Origin: Williamsia sp. MIQD14
GTDB taxonomy: Bacteria; Actinomycetota; Actinomycetes; Mycobacteriales; Mycobacteriaceae
Assembly (NCBI RefSeq): GCF_051025635.1
Contig: NZ_JBPFDG010000003.1
Coordinates: 338,451 to 362,450 of the forward strand
Direction: 5' to 3'
DNA length: 24,000 bases
The notes beneath the pieces are model-generated. The model saw only the letters and a program-made list of their open reading frames with translations, searched no databases and had not been told where the DNA came from. A program made the translations under genes and the position numbers. Numbering within the stretch: the first letter of the stretch is position 1; each line of letters begins with the position of its first letter. Shown piece by piece: positions 7,760 to 19,300 of this stretch.

Positions 7760-9139
7760 TTACGTGCCCAACTGGGGTAGCGGGAGCTCGATCACGTCCT
7801 CGCCCGGGCCGAAGGTGGTGAACGCCGTGTGGCCGGGGAGCCGGTAGACCTCACGGCCGGTGACCGCGTTGAGGATGCGCGCGTTGCGGACCGCGCCGAT
7901 GTCGAGGTTCGGCGAGGACACGCCGTGGCTGTGTTCCTCGGCGTTCGCGACGAACAGTCGACGGTCGAGGCCCTCGCGCATCGTGACGGAGTGGTCGTCG
8001 GCGATGACCGGTCGGCCCCGGGAGTCCCGGACCATCAGGGCGTCGAGCGGGTCGAGGAACGACGTGCTGCGCGGTCGGTATCCGGTGGCCGCGACGACGA
8101 GGTCGGCGGTGTGCGCGATCGTCGCGCCCGTGTCGTCGTGGCGCGCGTGGATGCGCAGGCGCCCGTCGGGCTGCTCGGCCAGACCCGTCACCGACACCCC
8201 GACACGCAACTGCACCGGCGGGAGCTTGCCGGCGAGCTGGCGGCGGTAGAGCAGATCGTGGAGGCGTTCGAGGGTGTCGGCGGAGATGCCCTTGTGGAAC
8301 TGCCAGTGGCCCGCGCGCACGGAGTCGCGGGTCTGCTCGGGCAGCGAGTGGAAGTAGTCCATGTACGCCGGTGTCGTCATCTCCAGCGACAGCTTCGTGA
8401 AGTCGAGCGGCGCGAACCACCCGGTGCGGGTCCACCACCGTACGGCGGGGCCGCCGGCGAGGTTGGCCTCGAGAAGATCGACGACGATCTCGGCGCCCGA
8501 CTGCCCCGACCCGATGACGGTCACCGCCTCGGCGGCGTGGGCGCGGGACCGGTGGCCGAGGTAGTCGCTGCTGTGGATCAACGACGGTGATCCGGTCGCG
8601 TCCCGCGCGGTCGCCCGTGCCGAGAGCGTCTGTGTCGAGAGCGTTCGGGGCAGATGCGGTTCGGTGCCGACGCCGCAGACCACGTGGGTCGCATGGATGA
8701 CCGACCTCTCGCCGTCGGAGGTGACGACGACACGGAACGAGTCGGTCTCGGCGTCGAAGTGGACCTCGGAGACCGAGGTGTCCCACCGCAGCGAGCCCAG
8801 TCGTTCGACGACCCACAGCAGGTAGGCCTCGTACTCGACGCGTGTGGGGAAGAAGTTCTCGCGCACCAGGAACGGGTAGAGGCGGTCGACGTCGGCGAGA
8901 TAGGCCAGGAACGACATCGGGTGGGTCGGGTCGACGAGCGAGACGAGGTCGGAGAGGAAGCTGACCTGCAGTGTCGCATCGTCGAACATCAACCCGGGAT
9001 GCCAGCGGAACTCCGGGCGTGCGTCGACGACGAGGAGGTCGAGGTCGTCCACGGTCGACGCCAGTGCGGCGAGGCCGAGGTTGAACGGGCCGCAGCCGAT
9101 CGCGAGAACGTCGACGCGACGGGGGGACTCAGTGCTCAC
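7760..9139 (-). CDS. Flavin-dependent lysine/diamine N-hydroxylase (IucD/DesB/AlcA family)
   Basis: FAD motif 'VLAIGCGPFNLGLAA', 'FRWHPGLMF', 'SFLSDLVSLVDPT.P.SFL.YL' (strongly IucD-like as recalled), NADPH motif 'VTVIGSGQSGAEI'. Start chosen at GTG 9139 ('[15 protein letters not shown]'), overlapping the upstream stop by 11 nt. The track ATG at 9235 would add a 32-aa Arg/His/Pro-rich overlap. Confidence 0.9.
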   Translation of the reverse strand: MSTESPRRVDVLAIGCGPFNLGLAALASTVDDLDLLVVDARPEFRWHPGLMFDDATLQVSFLSDLVSLVDPTHPMSFLAYLADVDRLYPFLVRENFFPTRVEYEAYLLWVVERLGSLRWDTSVSEVHFDAETDSFRVVVTSDGERSVIHATHVVCGVGTEPHLPRTLSTQTLSARATARDATGSPSLIHSSDYLGHRSRAHAAEAVTVIGSGQSGAEIVVDLLEANLAGGPAVRWWTRTGWFAPLDFTKLSLEMTTPAYMDYFHSLPEQTRDSVRAGHWQFHKGISADTLERLHDLLYRRQLAGKLPPVQLRVGVSVTGLAEQPDGRLRIHARHDDTGATIAHTADLVVAATGYRPRSTSFLDPLDALMVRDSRGRPVIADDHSVTMREGLDRRLFVANAEEHSHGVSSPNLDIGAVRNARILNAVTGREVYRLPGHTAFTTFGPGEDVIELPLPQLGT

Positions 9140-12100
9140 GGGATGCCTCCAGCGCGTCGGTGGACGGTGAATGGATGGACGGGCCGTCGGCCGAGAGTGC
9201 GCGTGCGTTCTCGGATTCGACCTCGAGTGCCACACGGATGATGTCGTCGAACAGGGCGTCGATGTCGGTCTCGTGGGTCTCGGGGTTGAGCAGGGTCAGC
9301 TTCAGGCAGACCTGCGGGTGGTCGGCGTCGGCGGTCACCACCCGGGTGCGGCCGATGAGGGCCGCCCCGGACCGGATGAGGCGGCGTCGGAGTTCGGCGT
9401 TCACCGCGTCGAGATCGGCGCAGCGGTAGCGGAACACGACCGTGGTGAGGGTCACCGGGGCGATCAGCTCGAGATGCGGTTCGGTAGCGATCCGCTGCTC
9501 GGCGTGCCGTGCGAGATCGTGGCACCGATCGAGCATCGCCCCGAGCCCCAGCCTGCCGTAGGCGAGGAACGTGGCGGCCACCTTGAGGACGTCGGGACGC
9601 CGCGTGGTCTGCAGGGTCTGCCCCAGCAGACCGCCGTATCCCGCCTCGATGTCGTCGGTGGGGTTGAGATACGACACCGACCGGTCGACGGCGGCGAACC
9701 GTCCGGAGTCGGCGAGCAGCAACACACTCGCCGCGGCCGGCTGCCACCCGATCTTGTGGAGATCCAACGTGATCGAGTCGGCACGATCGACCCCGTCGAG
9801 GAGACCGGCGAGTCGATCGGAGAACAACGACCCGAAACCGTAGGCGGCGTCGACGTGCAGCCACACACCGTGCCGACGGGCGATGGCGGAGATCTCGCGC
9901 AGCGGATCGACGGTGCCGAAATCGGTGGTGCCCGCGGTGGCGACGATGGCCACCGGCGTCCGATCCCCGGCGGCGGCGAGCGCGGCCTCGAGCGCCGCGG
10001 GGACCATGCGGTGGTCGTCGTCGACGTCGATGCCGACCACCGCCGATTCGCCGAGACCGAGTGCGGCGCAGGCGCGATGCAGCGAGAAGTGCGCGATCCG
10101 CGAGCAGAACACGACCGGACGGGGGAGTGCTCCGGTGCCGTCGGCGCGGGTGTCGAGGCCGATGGCCGCGGCGGCGTGGTCGCGAGCGATCAACAGGGCC
10201 AGGAGGTTCGAGTACGAGCCACCCGGCCCGAACACGCCGCCCGCATCGGCGCCGAGGCCGGCGAGATCGGCCAGCGCCGCGATCATCCACTGCTCGATGG
10301 CCAGCGTCGCGGGCCCCGAATCGTAGGTGTCGAGGGAGGCGTTGGTGGCCCCGGCGAGGGCGTCGGCGACGACCGCGACCGTCAGGGGTGGGGGTTGCAG
10401 GTGCGCGGCGGTACGTGTGTGGGTGAGGTCGAGACCGTGTCGTGCGACGAGGTCGCCGAGACGGGCCAGTGCCTGCGATTCGCCGATGCCGGCCGAGGGG
10501 ATGACCCGCGGGCCGAGGCGGGAACCGACCTCGTCGAGGACGTCACCGGGGAGTCCGTGCGGCAGGGGTGCGCCGTGGTGGGACGTGGCGGAGACCGATT
10601 CGGCCATGCGGATGAGATCCTCGCCGACCTGTGCCCACCCCCGACCGGGGGAGGTGAAACGAGAACGGCGTGCGGGCAACTCGGGGAAGGCGCACGCCGC
10701 ACGCACCGCGTCGACGAGGTCGGCGACGGTGGAGTCGAGGTCGGCGGGCAGTTCACGGAGCAGACCCATCGCTACGCCCGGCGCACGCTGCGTCACCTCC
10801 GCGTCGGGGGTGTCGGTGCGACGGTCGATCTCGAGTTGGATCCCGTCGTCGGTGATCTCGAAGGCATAGCTCAGCGTGTAGCCGCCGACGCCTGTCGAGA
10901 CCGATCGGTAGGCGACGCCGCCTCCGGCTGCGACACCCCGTACCGGTGCGCTGCGCACCGAGGCCATCACGTCGGCGACGGGGAACCGCCCGCCGTGGGT
11001 GCGCAGGGCGGTCAGCAGGGTGCCGTAGTCGACCGACGCGAACTCCATCGCCGAGTAGACGGCGGACATCATGCGGTGCAACGTCTCCCGGACCGATGCC
11101 GTCGGGTCGACGGTGAACCGGATCGGCACGATGTTGCCGCAGTACCCGACCGCACGCGGGTCCTCGTCGGCCCGCCGGTTCTCGCTCGGGACGAGCATCA
11201 CGAAGTCGTCGGCGCCGCTGAGCGAGTGTGCGGCCAGCGCGCACACCCCGATCATCAGTGCGTTCGATGTCGCGCCGATGTCGCGGGCGACGTCGGCCAG
11301 GGCGGTGACCACCGCGGGGTCGACGGCGCGGCGGTCCCGCGACACCGCGCCCTCGTCGAGGGGGGTGATCCAGCTCTGTTCGGCCGACTCCGTCGGCCGG
11401 GCCCCGGTCAGCGGGTGCCGGATGTCGTCGGCGGCCCAGGTCGACAGGGCATGGCGCAGTGCGTCGTCGACCGGTGCTGCAGATCCATCCGGCCCGGCAC
11501 CGCCTGTCTCGGTCCCGCCGGTCTCGACACCGGTGACCGTGCTCGCGCCGGCGACGAGGGGGCCCAGCACTACCGGCCACGAGGTGCCGTCGACGGCGAT
11601 GTGGTGGATGACGAGGATCAGCGTGCACGTGCCGTCGGGGAGCACGGTCAGGCGTGCGCGGGCCGGTGCCTCGTCGGCCAGATTGAACGGCCGTCGGGTG
11701 AGCGACTCCGCGGCGTCGTCGACGTCGTCGATTCGTGCTTCGCCCTCCGCCGACGCGGGCCACTCCCAGACGGTGTCGGGTGCCGACCAGCCGGCCTCGA
11801 CGTCGACGCGCCGCCGTCGCACGACACCCTCGTCGTCGACGATGACCGACGACAGGACCGGGCTGCGCAGCGTCTCCTCGAGGGCGGCGACCACACTCTG
11901 CGCCGGCCGACCGTCGATGAACGTGAGCACGAGACCGATGTTGTGCGAGATCGACGCGGGATCGAGCTGGTGGATACGCCACATCCGACATTCGGCGACG
12001 CCGAGCTCACCGTCCGGTCGGGGCGTCGAATCCGTTGCGGCGTCGGGAGTCGAGGCCGTGTCGGCGGCGACCGCGCCGGTGTCGACACCGGCGAGGCGTC

Positions 12101-12140
12101 GTCGCATCAGCTCGAGCCGTGATTCGTCCAGTACGCTCAC
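9129..12140 (-). CDS. Fusion protein: NRPS-type condensation domain (N-terminal) + PLP-dependent group II amino-acid decarboxylase (C-terminal)
   Basis: C domain spans about aa 45-480 (nt 10701-12008), with C1-like '[13 protein letters not shown]' and C3 '[12 protein letters not shown]' (HHxxxDG at 11586-11606). The decarboxylase spans about aa 500-975 (nt 9216-10643), with 'GGSYSNL', '[13 protein letters not shown]', 'HVDAAYG' and the PLP-lysine motif '[13 protein letters not shown]' (Lys796 at 9753-9755). No carrier or adenylation domain. GTG start in a GTGA overlap with the upstream stop. Confidence 0.9.
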   Translation of the reverse strand: MSVLDESRLELMRRRLAGVDTGAVAADTASTPDAATDSTPRPDGELGVAECRMWRIHQLDPASISHNIGLVLTFIDGRPAQSVVAALEETLRSPVLSSVIVDDEGVVRRRRVDVEAGWSAPDTVWEWPASAEGEARIDDVDDAAESLTRRPFNLADEAPARARLTVLPDGTCTLILVIHHIAVDGTSWPVVLGPLVAGASTVTGVETGGTETGGAGPDGSAAPVDDALRHALSTWAADDIRHPLTGARPTESAEQSWITPLDEGAVSRDRRAVDPAVVTALADVARDIGATSNALMIGVCALAAHSLSGADDFVMLVPSENRRADEDPRAVGYCGNIVPIRFTVDPTASVRETLHRMMSAVYSAMEFASVDYGTLLTALRTHGGRFPVADVMASVRSAPVRGVAAGGGVAYRSVSTGVGGYTLSYAFEITDDGIQLEIDRRTDTPDAEVTQRAPGVAMGLLRELPADLDSTVADLVDAVRAACAFPELPARRSRFTSPGRGWAQVGEDLIRMAESVSATSHHGAPLPHGLPGDVLDEVGSRLGPRVIPSAGIGESQALARLGDLVARHGLDLTHTRTAAHLQPPPLTVAVVADALAGATNASLDTYDSGPATLAIEQWMIAALADLAGLGADAGGVFGPGGSYSNLLALLIARDHAAAAIGLDTRADGTGALPRPVVFCSRIAHFSLHRACAALGLGESAVVGIDVDDDHRMVPAALEAALAAAGDRTPVAIVATAGTTDFGTVDPLREISAIARRHGVWLHVDAAYGFGSLFSDRLAGLLDGVDRADSITLDLHKIGWQPAAASVLLLADSGRFAAVDRSVSYLNPTDDIEAGYGGLLGQTLQTTRRPDVLKVAATFLAYGRLGLGAMLDRCHDLARHAEQRIATEPHLELIAPVTLTTVVFRYRCADLDAVNAELRRRLIRSGAALIGRTRVVTADADHPQVCLKLTLLNPETHETDIDALFDDIIRVALEVESENARALSADGPSIHSPSTDALEASREH

Positions 12141-14464
12141 GCGTCCTCCATCGTTCGACTGTCGGTGGTTGTCCCCGTGGTGGCCGGGGTGGAGATCGGG
12201 TCATGGGCGGTCTCGGTCGGCAACCGGTCCCAGGAGTCGACGACGGGCAGCAGATCACCACGCGCCCACCGTGACGACTGGTTCTGATAGGCGCGGTCGC
12301 GCGGGTCGCCGGAGGCCCCGAGGGGTACCACCCACCGGCTGGCGGAGCGGTCGGCGAGGTCCCACACGAAACGCGCGGCCGAGCCGACGCTGCAGGCGTG
12401 GCTGAAACCGATTGCGCTGCCGTTGGCGAACACTGTCTCGGCGTCGCCGCCGAGAGCGTGCGGATGGGGGCGCAGCCGTGCCGAGAGTGCGGGGTGGGCG
12501 GCCGTCGCACCGACGAGGTCGAACCCGTGGATCGGGGTGAGCACGTGCACGTCACCCCACGTCGGGATGTCGTCGAGGTGGTCGAGACCGGTGGCGACGG
12601 CGTCGATGGCCTCGCGCAGGATCGCGGTGACGTCCGCACCGAGCCCGCCCGCGTGGGTGACCACCGATTCCAGTGCGGCCGAGACGCGGGGCAGCGAGAC
12701 GAACCAGGGATCGAAGACGGCGGGGAACACGTGCCGGGTCGCCAACGGCTGCAGCGCGGGCGAGCGGATGAGGCCCCGGACGAGATGGGCACGGATCTCG
12801 GCGAACACGTAGGCCTGCGTGCTGTCGACGGCCATCGACCGGTCCCATCCGTCGAGGTGCGCGACCAGTCGGCGTCCACGCCTGTCGAGGCCGTCGACGT
12901 CGGCGAGAAGCCGGACCACGACATCCCGCTCGTCGAGGACGTCGTCGCGATGGATCCGTTCGGAATCGGCGACGCTGTGCTGGGACTTGGCGCGCAGGAG
13001 TGTCGCGATCCGGTCGGCACGATCGGCGCGGACACATTCGGTCGTGACGGGCTGCAGCGGCGCCGACGTCATGCGTTGGTTGGCGATGATCGAGAACGAC
13101 GCGACCTCGGCTGTCCCGGGCTCGTGGACCGAGGTGGCGCGCATCCCGGTCCACCGGTGCCGATCGGTCCAGCCGGGCACCGGGAGCCAGTAGTTCTCGG
13201 GTGTGCGTTCGGGCATCGCCCCGACGAGGTGGGCCACGAGTCGACCGCTCGTGTCGCCGATGACGACGCGGTTGACCGGCTCCACCCAGTCGCCCAGCGC
13301 ACGTTCGACATCGGTGATCGACGCCGCGAAGAGCAGGTCGATGAACGGATCGGCGGTGGTGGTCTCGTCGTGGAGGATCGGGGTGCGCAGGCTCAGTGCG
13401 ATCGGTGCGTCGGGTCCGCCGACGATCACCGATCCGTGTGTGGTGTCGATGATCTCGACCGTCACCGGTTCGGCGTCACGCACCGTGATGGATTCGGTCC
13501 GGGTCGCCACCTCGGTGTCGCCGTGGGGTCCCTGTGCGGTCACCGACCCGTCTCGGCGCGAGAGGCGTTCGATGTAGACGTCCTGGTGGTCGCCCATCGC
13601 GTTGGTGATGCCCCATGCGACCGGGCCCGCGTGGCTGAAGTGCGGCATGCCCGGGACCCCGGCGAACGCAAGGCCGACGACGTCGAATTCCGGTGACGCG
13701 AGATGGGTCTGGAGGTAGATCCCGGGGAGTTCGAGGAAGCGGTGCGGATCGCCGGCGATCTGCGGCGAGCCGCTCGACGAGTGTGCGGCGGCGACTCCCC
13801 ATGCGTTGCTGCCGCTGATCGCGTCGCTGAGCGGAGTCGGTCCGGGCGGTTCGGCCCCGGTGGTGCCCGCTGCCGCGAACTCGGCGAGCACGGTGTCGAG
13901 GAACGCGGTGTCGGGCAGGGGCGGGTCGAAGGGATCGTCCGGGTCGGGGTCGTCGGGGCCCTCGAAATCGAACAGGCGCAGGGCATCCGGACCGAGATGG
14001 GTGCAGGCGTGCACGCGCCACAGTTTGGTCAGGAAACGGCCGAAGAGGATGTTGTGGGTGATGAACACCGCGATTGGCGTCCACGGTGACCAGGGCGCCG
14101 GCCGGTGGTCGAGTTCGGTGAGTTCGAGGGCCCGGGCGGTGCCCAGCGTGCTGTTGACCCCGTCGACATACGCCGCGAACAGGTCTCGCGTCCGCACCGA
14201 GGAGCGAGCGAGGATCCGGCGTGCGGCGCGGTCGATCCCGGCGCGCCGGGCGAACTCGTCCCAGCCGACGGCGTCGGCGCCGAAGACCTCGGCGGTGCGG
14301 CCCTCCGACCGCAGTCGGAGGAACTCGATCTGCCAGGCGCGGTCGAGGCCACACGCCCGGCCCTGTCCGTACAGGGCGCCGCGTGCCGAGTGGGCGCGGA
14401 TGTGCGGGACACCCCATGCGTCGCGGCGGATCTCGACACCCTGGGCATCGCAGGGAGCGGTCAC
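12137..14464 (-). CDS. Penicillin amidase/acylase family Ntn hydrolase (peptidase S45; PvdQ-like siderophore/AHL acylase)
   Basis: 775 aa. N-terminal '[13 protein letters not shown]....ALYGQG.A...DR.WQ' is typical of the family alpha subunit. The autoprocessing/nucleophile motif is 'SG|SNAWGV', with Ser219 at 13808-13810. GTGA overlaps at both ends. No N-terminal hydrophobic signal sequence is visible. Confidence 0.85.
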   Translation of the reverse strand: MTAPCDAQGVEIRRDAWGVPHIRAHSARGALYGQGRACGLDRAWQIEFLRLRSEGRTAEVFGADAVGWDEFARRAGIDRAARRILARSSVRTRDLFAAYVDGVNSTLGTARALELTELDHRPAPWSPWTPIAVFITHNILFGRFLTKLWRVHACTHLGPDALRLFDFEGPDDPDPDDPFDPPLPDTAFLDTVLAEFAAAGTTGAEPPGPTPLSDAISGSNAWGVAAAHSSSGSPQIAGDPHRFLELPGIYLQTHLASPEFDVVGLAFAGVPGMPHFSHAGPVAWGITNAMGDHQDVYIERLSRRDGSVTAQGPHGDTEVATRTESITVRDAEPVTVEIIDTTHGSVIVGGPDAPIALSLRTPILHDETTTADPFIDLLFAASITDVERALGDWVEPVNRVVIGDTSGRLVAHLVGAMPERTPENYWLPVPGWTDRHRWTGMRATSVHEPGTAEVASFSIIANQRMTSAPLQPVTTECVRADRADRIATLLRAKSQHSVADSERIHRDDVLDERDVVVRLLADVDGLDRRGRRLVAHLDGWDRSMAVDSTQAYVFAEIRAHLVRGLIRSPALQPLATRHVFPAVFDPWFVSLPRVSAALESVVTHAGGLGADVTAILREAIDAVATGLDHLDDIPTWGDVHVLTPIHGFDLVGATAAHPALSARLRPHPHALGGDAETVFANGSAIGFSHACSVGSAARFVWDLADRSASRWVVPLGASGDPRDRAYQNQSSRWARGDLLPVVDSWDRLPTETAHDPISTPATTGTTTDSRTMEDA

Positions 14465-16305
14465 GGGCGTTGCGCTGCCGACGGCGGGGAGGGGGCGTAC
14501 CGCGCGATCGGGTTCACGAGGCGGTGGTCGGTGTCGAGCAGGGCGGCGTAGGAGTCACCGAGATCCACCATGCGGCGACTGTTGCCGAGCTGCAGGCGGT
14601 TCATGTGGATGGCCCCGAAGTCGGGTGCGAACAGGTCCCACCGGGCGAACCGGTCGGCGAGGTCGGGGTGGTCGCCGATGTAGGCGGTCACGCTGTCGGC
14701 GACGGTCTTCCAGAACGAGGCGTCGTCGCACAGACCGGCCTGGTGCAGGATCCCGGCCAATGGTCGGAGGAAGTCGTCGAAGACGTCGGACAGGATGCCC
14801 AGGTTGCCGATGGCGTCGTCGGTGGGGACGACCGCGCGGCGGCAGGACTCGGGCAACCCGGGGGCGTCGTCGCCGATGGTGACCTCCTCGCCGATGTCCT
14901 TGAGGATCGCCCGCACCGGCACGCCGTCGGCGAGCACCAGGATCAGGTTCTCGCCGTGCGGCGAGAACTTCAGCCGGTACCGGTAGAGGAGGTGGATGAT
15001 CGGGTGCAGATAGGTGCGCAGGTAGCGCGCGAGCCATGCGGTGGCGGACAGTCCGGACCGTTCGACGAGCGCACCCACCAGCGGGTCACCGCGGTGGTCG
15101 ATGTGCAGCAGTGCCGCCATCGTCATCAGCTGCTGGTCGTCGTCGACGAGACCGACGGGGCTCTGCCGCCACAGCGCCGACATCAGTTTCCGGTACTCCG
15201 ATCCGGGCTCGGTGACGCTCTGCAGCACCGGGTTGCGGTAGCCGATCGCGACGACCTCGAACACCATCGTGAAGCCCACGGACCGCAGGAACGGGTCGTC
15301 GCCGACCCGGTCCCGGACCCAGTCGTTGATGAGCGGGGTGGTGCGCATGTAGTCGGCCGACATCCCGCGGGTGAAGCCCATGTTGGTGATCGACAGGGCG
15401 AGTTTGACGTAGTGCCTGCGGGGTTCGTCGGCGTTGAACAGCGTGCGGATCGACTGCTGTGGTCGATACAGGTCGGTGCCCTCCCCGACGCACACCAGCG
15501 TGCCCTCGGCGAGTTCGCGCGCGAAGACGCGAGCGACCTTCTCGTTCCACTGCCACGGGTGCACGGGCAGGTAGAGGAAGTCGGCGGGATCGAGTCCCCG
15601 CGAACGCAACTCGGCGTCGAACTCGTCGAGGGTGGTCGAACCCAGTTCGCCGCGCAGCAGGTCGTGGTGGTCGTGGTCGGACATGGCCGCGACCTCGCAG
15701 TGTCCGCGGGGCGCCGCGACCCACACCAGTCGGCAGTGCTCACCGCGCTCGGGTGCATAGCGGGCGACGTCGTCGGAGCTGAACCCGATACGACCGGCAT
15801 TGGCCACGATGCAGGGATGTCCCTCGGTCATCGTCTGCTCGACGGTCTGGAAATCCGCCCGGGCCAGTTCCGCTGCGGGGACACGGAGGTGGTCGGGTCG
15901 ATCGGCGCCCAGGCCGAGCGTGTTGACGAACTCCTCGAGATAGGCGGGCACGGCGTCGGCGGCGATCGCGAGGCGCTCGCGCAGGTCGAGAAGCATCGCG
16001 ACCGGATCGACCGGCACGTCGGCGCCGTCTACCAGGCGGCGCATCGACGGCCCGTCGATCACCCAGTTGTCCAGCGACAACACCTCGGCACGGAACACGT
16101 ACTCGGTGCTTTGGTCGTCGGAAACGACCAGATACATCGAACCGGCACCCGACGCCCCGGCGTCGTCGGGACCGGGCCCCAACGGGATCGGGTGGATGAT
16201 CTGTTCGTGGGCGAACTCGGCCAGCACCTTGCGCGCCATACGTCGCCCGTACACCGCGGCCATGTGGGCGCGGCCGTCGGTGACGGGTGACACCGTGGCG
16301 GTCAC
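14461..16305 (-). CDS. IucA/IucC-family NRPS-independent siderophore (NIS) synthetase
   Basis: Family hallmarks 'LPVHPWQW', 'SIRTL', '[15 protein letters not shown]' and '[11 protein letters not shown]'. Start chosen at GTG 16305 (GTGA overlap with the NRPS stop). The track ATG at 16347 would overlap the NRPS by 46 nt. Confidence 0.9.
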   Translation of the reverse strand: MTATVSPVTDGRAHMAAVYGRRMARKVLAEFAHEQIIHPIPLGPGPDDAGASGAGSMYLVVSDDQSTEYVFRAEVLSLDNWVIDGPSMRRLVDGADVPVDPVAMLLDLRERLAIAADAVPAYLEEFVNTLGLGADRPDHLRVPAAELARADFQTVEQTMTEGHPCIVANAGRIGFSSDDVARYAPERGEHCRLVWVAAPRGHCEVAAMSDHDHHDLLRGELGSTTLDEFDAELRSRGLDPADFLYLPVHPWQWNEKVARVFARELAEGTLVCVGEGTDLYRPQQSIRTLFNADEPRRHYVKLALSITNMGFTRGMSADYMRTTPLINDWVRDRVGDDPFLRSVGFTMVFEVVAIGYRNPVLQSVTEPGSEYRKLMSALWRQSPVGLVDDDQQLMTMAALLHIDHRGDPLVGALVERSGLSATAWLARYLRTYLHPIIHLLYRYRLKFSPHGENLILVLADGVPVRAILKDIGEEVTIGDDAPGLPESCRRAVVPTDDAIGNLGILSDVFDDFLRPLAGILHQAGLCDDASFWKTVADSVTAYIGDHPDLADRFARWDLFAPDFGAIHMNRLQLGNSRRMVDLGDSYAALLDTDHRLVNPIARYAPSPPSAAQRP

Positions 16306-19300
16306 CGGGTGGCCGTCTCGGTCGCGGCGAAATCCTCTGCTGTGCAATAGCTCAGACGCGCCGTCTTCGCCCCGACGGGGTGATCGCCGGCGACGCGGAA
16401 CCCGACCAGGTCGTTGAGTCGATGAACGGCGGTGTTGCGGACGTCGGGTTCGACGACGACGCGCCGCGCGCCGGCCTCGGTGAACGCGGTCCGCATGATG
16501 TGGCGCATGACCGCTTCGGTGAAGCCGGCCACCGGGGTGTCGGTCGGGGCGACCAGCAGGTGCATGCCGACGTCGCCGGGGGAGTGGACGTAACCGGTAC
16601 CCGCATCGGCCAGTTCGCTCGAGAGGGGTTCGTAGAGTTCGAAGAGGAACTGCGGCTCGGCCCCCACGCCTCCGACACGGTCCTCATCCCCGCCGACACC
16701 GACGACGCCGAGTCGCATCCCGAAACCGGTCGCGTCGGCATGGGTGATCAGGGCGACGACCTCCTCGCGGGTGGCCGACGACATGTCCCAGAAGTGCGAC
16801 TTGGGGTGGGTGAGCCACCGGTGCACGAGGTCGACGTCGGTGTCGAGATCGATACGACGATGGGTGATCTCGCGGTCGGTGGTGTCCGGGTCGCTGTCGG
16901 CCCGGTCGAGTTCGGAGGCGACCTCGCCGGCCGAGAGCCCGAGCACATCGAGCATCACCTCGGCGACCTCGGTGATCGCCGCACCGTGCAGTTCGTCGAG
17001 CCGTGTCGCGACACCCGCGACGGATCGGCGGGTGAAGACGTCGGCCACGGTCACCGAGGCCGCGGCACCGGGTACGGCGAGCCACCGGCGGATCTCGGCG
17101 ACGAACCGTGTGGCGAGCACCGAATCCCCGCCCAGGGCGACGAACTCGTCGGTGACGCCGATCGGCCGTGTGTCGAGGATGGTCTCGAGCACCGTCACGA
17201 GGGCCTTCTCCACCGGCGTGCGCGGGGCAATCGACGCCGACGACCCGGCGTCGTCGAACTGCTCTGCGATACGCGCCCGATCGAGTTTGCCGTTGGCGGT
17301 CAACGGGAGCCGGTCGACGACGGTGATCGATCGCGGGATCATGTGCGCGGGGAGCAGTGCACCCAGATCGGCGACGAGACGCGGGGGTTCGGAGGTTTCT
17401 GTGGTCGGTCCGGTCACCGCGGCCCGCAGGTCGCGTCCGTCGGTCCAGGCCACGGCGGCCGACACCTGCTCCAGGCGTAGCAGTGCGGCCTCCACCTCGC
17501 CGAGTTCCACGCGATGCCCGCGGATCTTCACCATGTGGTCGTCGCGGCCGAGGAAGTCGAGGAACGCACCCGGCAGGTACCGCGCGACATCCCCGGTGCG
17601 GTACCACCGCACGTCGTCGACCTCGACGAAACGCTCCGCGGTGCGGTCGGTGTCCCCGCGATACCCCGCGGCCACCCCGTCGCCGCCGATCCAGAGTTCA
17701 CCGGGCACGAAGTCGGGCCGATCGCGGCCGATGGCGTCGACGACCCGGCAGCGCACGCCGCGCAGGGGGGTGCCGTACGGGACGAAGCCGCTGTCCTCAC
17801 CGACGTCGGCCAGTTCGCAGACGGTGGAGTGGATCGCGGTCTCGGTGGTGCCGCCGAGACCCGCGGCGCGGACGCCCGGTACCTGCTCGGCGATGCGCCG
17901 CAGATGGCCCACCTCGACACGGTCGCCTCCGGTGAGCACGACCCGCAGCGACGCGGGCATGTCGGTGATGTCGAGGAGCATCCCGAGAACCGTGGGGACG
18001 CAGTTCAGTACGGTCACCGACGCCTCGTGGAGCGCCCGAGCCCAGGAGTCGACGCGGGTGGTGGGGTCGTCGTCTCCGACGACCACCGATCCGCCGACGG
18101 CGAGCAGTGCGAACACGTCGAACACCGAGAGGTCGAACTCGAGGGACGACACCATGAGCGCGCGATCGGATGCGTCCAGCTCGTATCGGTCGGTGAGGTC
18201 GGTCAGCGTCGCGACCGCGGCGCGATGGGGGACCTCGACACCCTTCGGGGTACCGGTCGACCCCGAGGTGAACAGGATGTAGGCGAGCGAGTCGGGGCCG
18301 CTCGGGTCGTCGGAGGGGTCGAGTGGTGCGGCCGAGGACGTGTCGTCGAACACGACGACCTCGATCGCGGTGTCGGATACGCGGTCGGGCCGGTCGGTGA
18401 GCACCGCCGATGGGGTCGCCACCGCGACGATGCGGTCGCGGCGATCGGCCGGTTGCGACAGCGAGATCGGTACGTAGGTGGCGCCGGCCGCGAGAACGCC
18501 GATGGCCGCGACGATCTGCGGTGCGCCCTTGGGCATCGTCACGACGACGGTGTCGCCGGCGCCGACACCGGCTGCGCGCAGTGCCCCCGCCACCCGTCGT
18601 GCACGGTCGGCGAGTTCGCCGTGGGTCCAGTTGGACTCGTCGTCGACGAGCGCGGCGGTGTCGGCCCGGGATGCGGAGCGATCGAGGATGCCGCGGTGCA
18701 GCGTGCCGTCGAAGATGTCGGTGTCGGGCAGCGGATGTTCGACGGCGTGACGCTCGGCGATCACCTCGGACGGCACGCTCGAGGGTGCCGGTCGCCCCCA
18801 GTCGCCGATGACGAGCAGGTCGAGCAGCGTGACGTAATGATCGAACATCGACTGCGCCACAGCAGGATCGAGATCGGAGGCGCGGACGTCCCAATTCAGC
18901 AGCAATCCGCCGTCGATCTCGGTGACCTGCGCGTCGAGGAGGACCTGGGGGCCCTGCGACACGATCCAGGACGGGGTGCCGAACACCTCGGTCACCGCGG
19001 GGGAGAACAGTTCGCCGAGCCCGAGTGCGCTGGTGAACACCACCGGCGACACCACCGGTTCGCCGCGCCGCCGGCTGAGGTCGCGCAGGACGTCGAGGCC
19101 GCTCACGGTGCCGTGCGCCGCGGCGTCGTGCATCGCCGCACGCATGTCCACGGCGCGCTCGACGAGGGTCCGCTCGGCCGTCAGATCGACGGCGACGACG
19201 ATGGACGACGTGAAGTCGCCGACCACCCGGTCGACGTCCGCGTGGGTCGCGTCGCGATCGAAGAGGGGAACCGTCAGCAGGAAACGGGATGTGGCCGAGT

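Noticed and set aside
9171-12122. 983-aa ORF on the + strand, antisense to the C-domain/decarboxylase fusion
   Set aside because: Arg/Gly/Asp/Val-rich composition typical of a shadow frame in ~70% G+C DNA. No motifs. The opposite strand carries unambiguous HHxxxDG and PLP-lysine motifs.
14221-16290. 689-aa + strand ORF antisense to the IucA/IucC gene
   Set aside because: Shadow ORF with biased Arg/Gly/Val/Asp composition and no recognisable domain. The - strand frame has clear IucA/IucC signatures.
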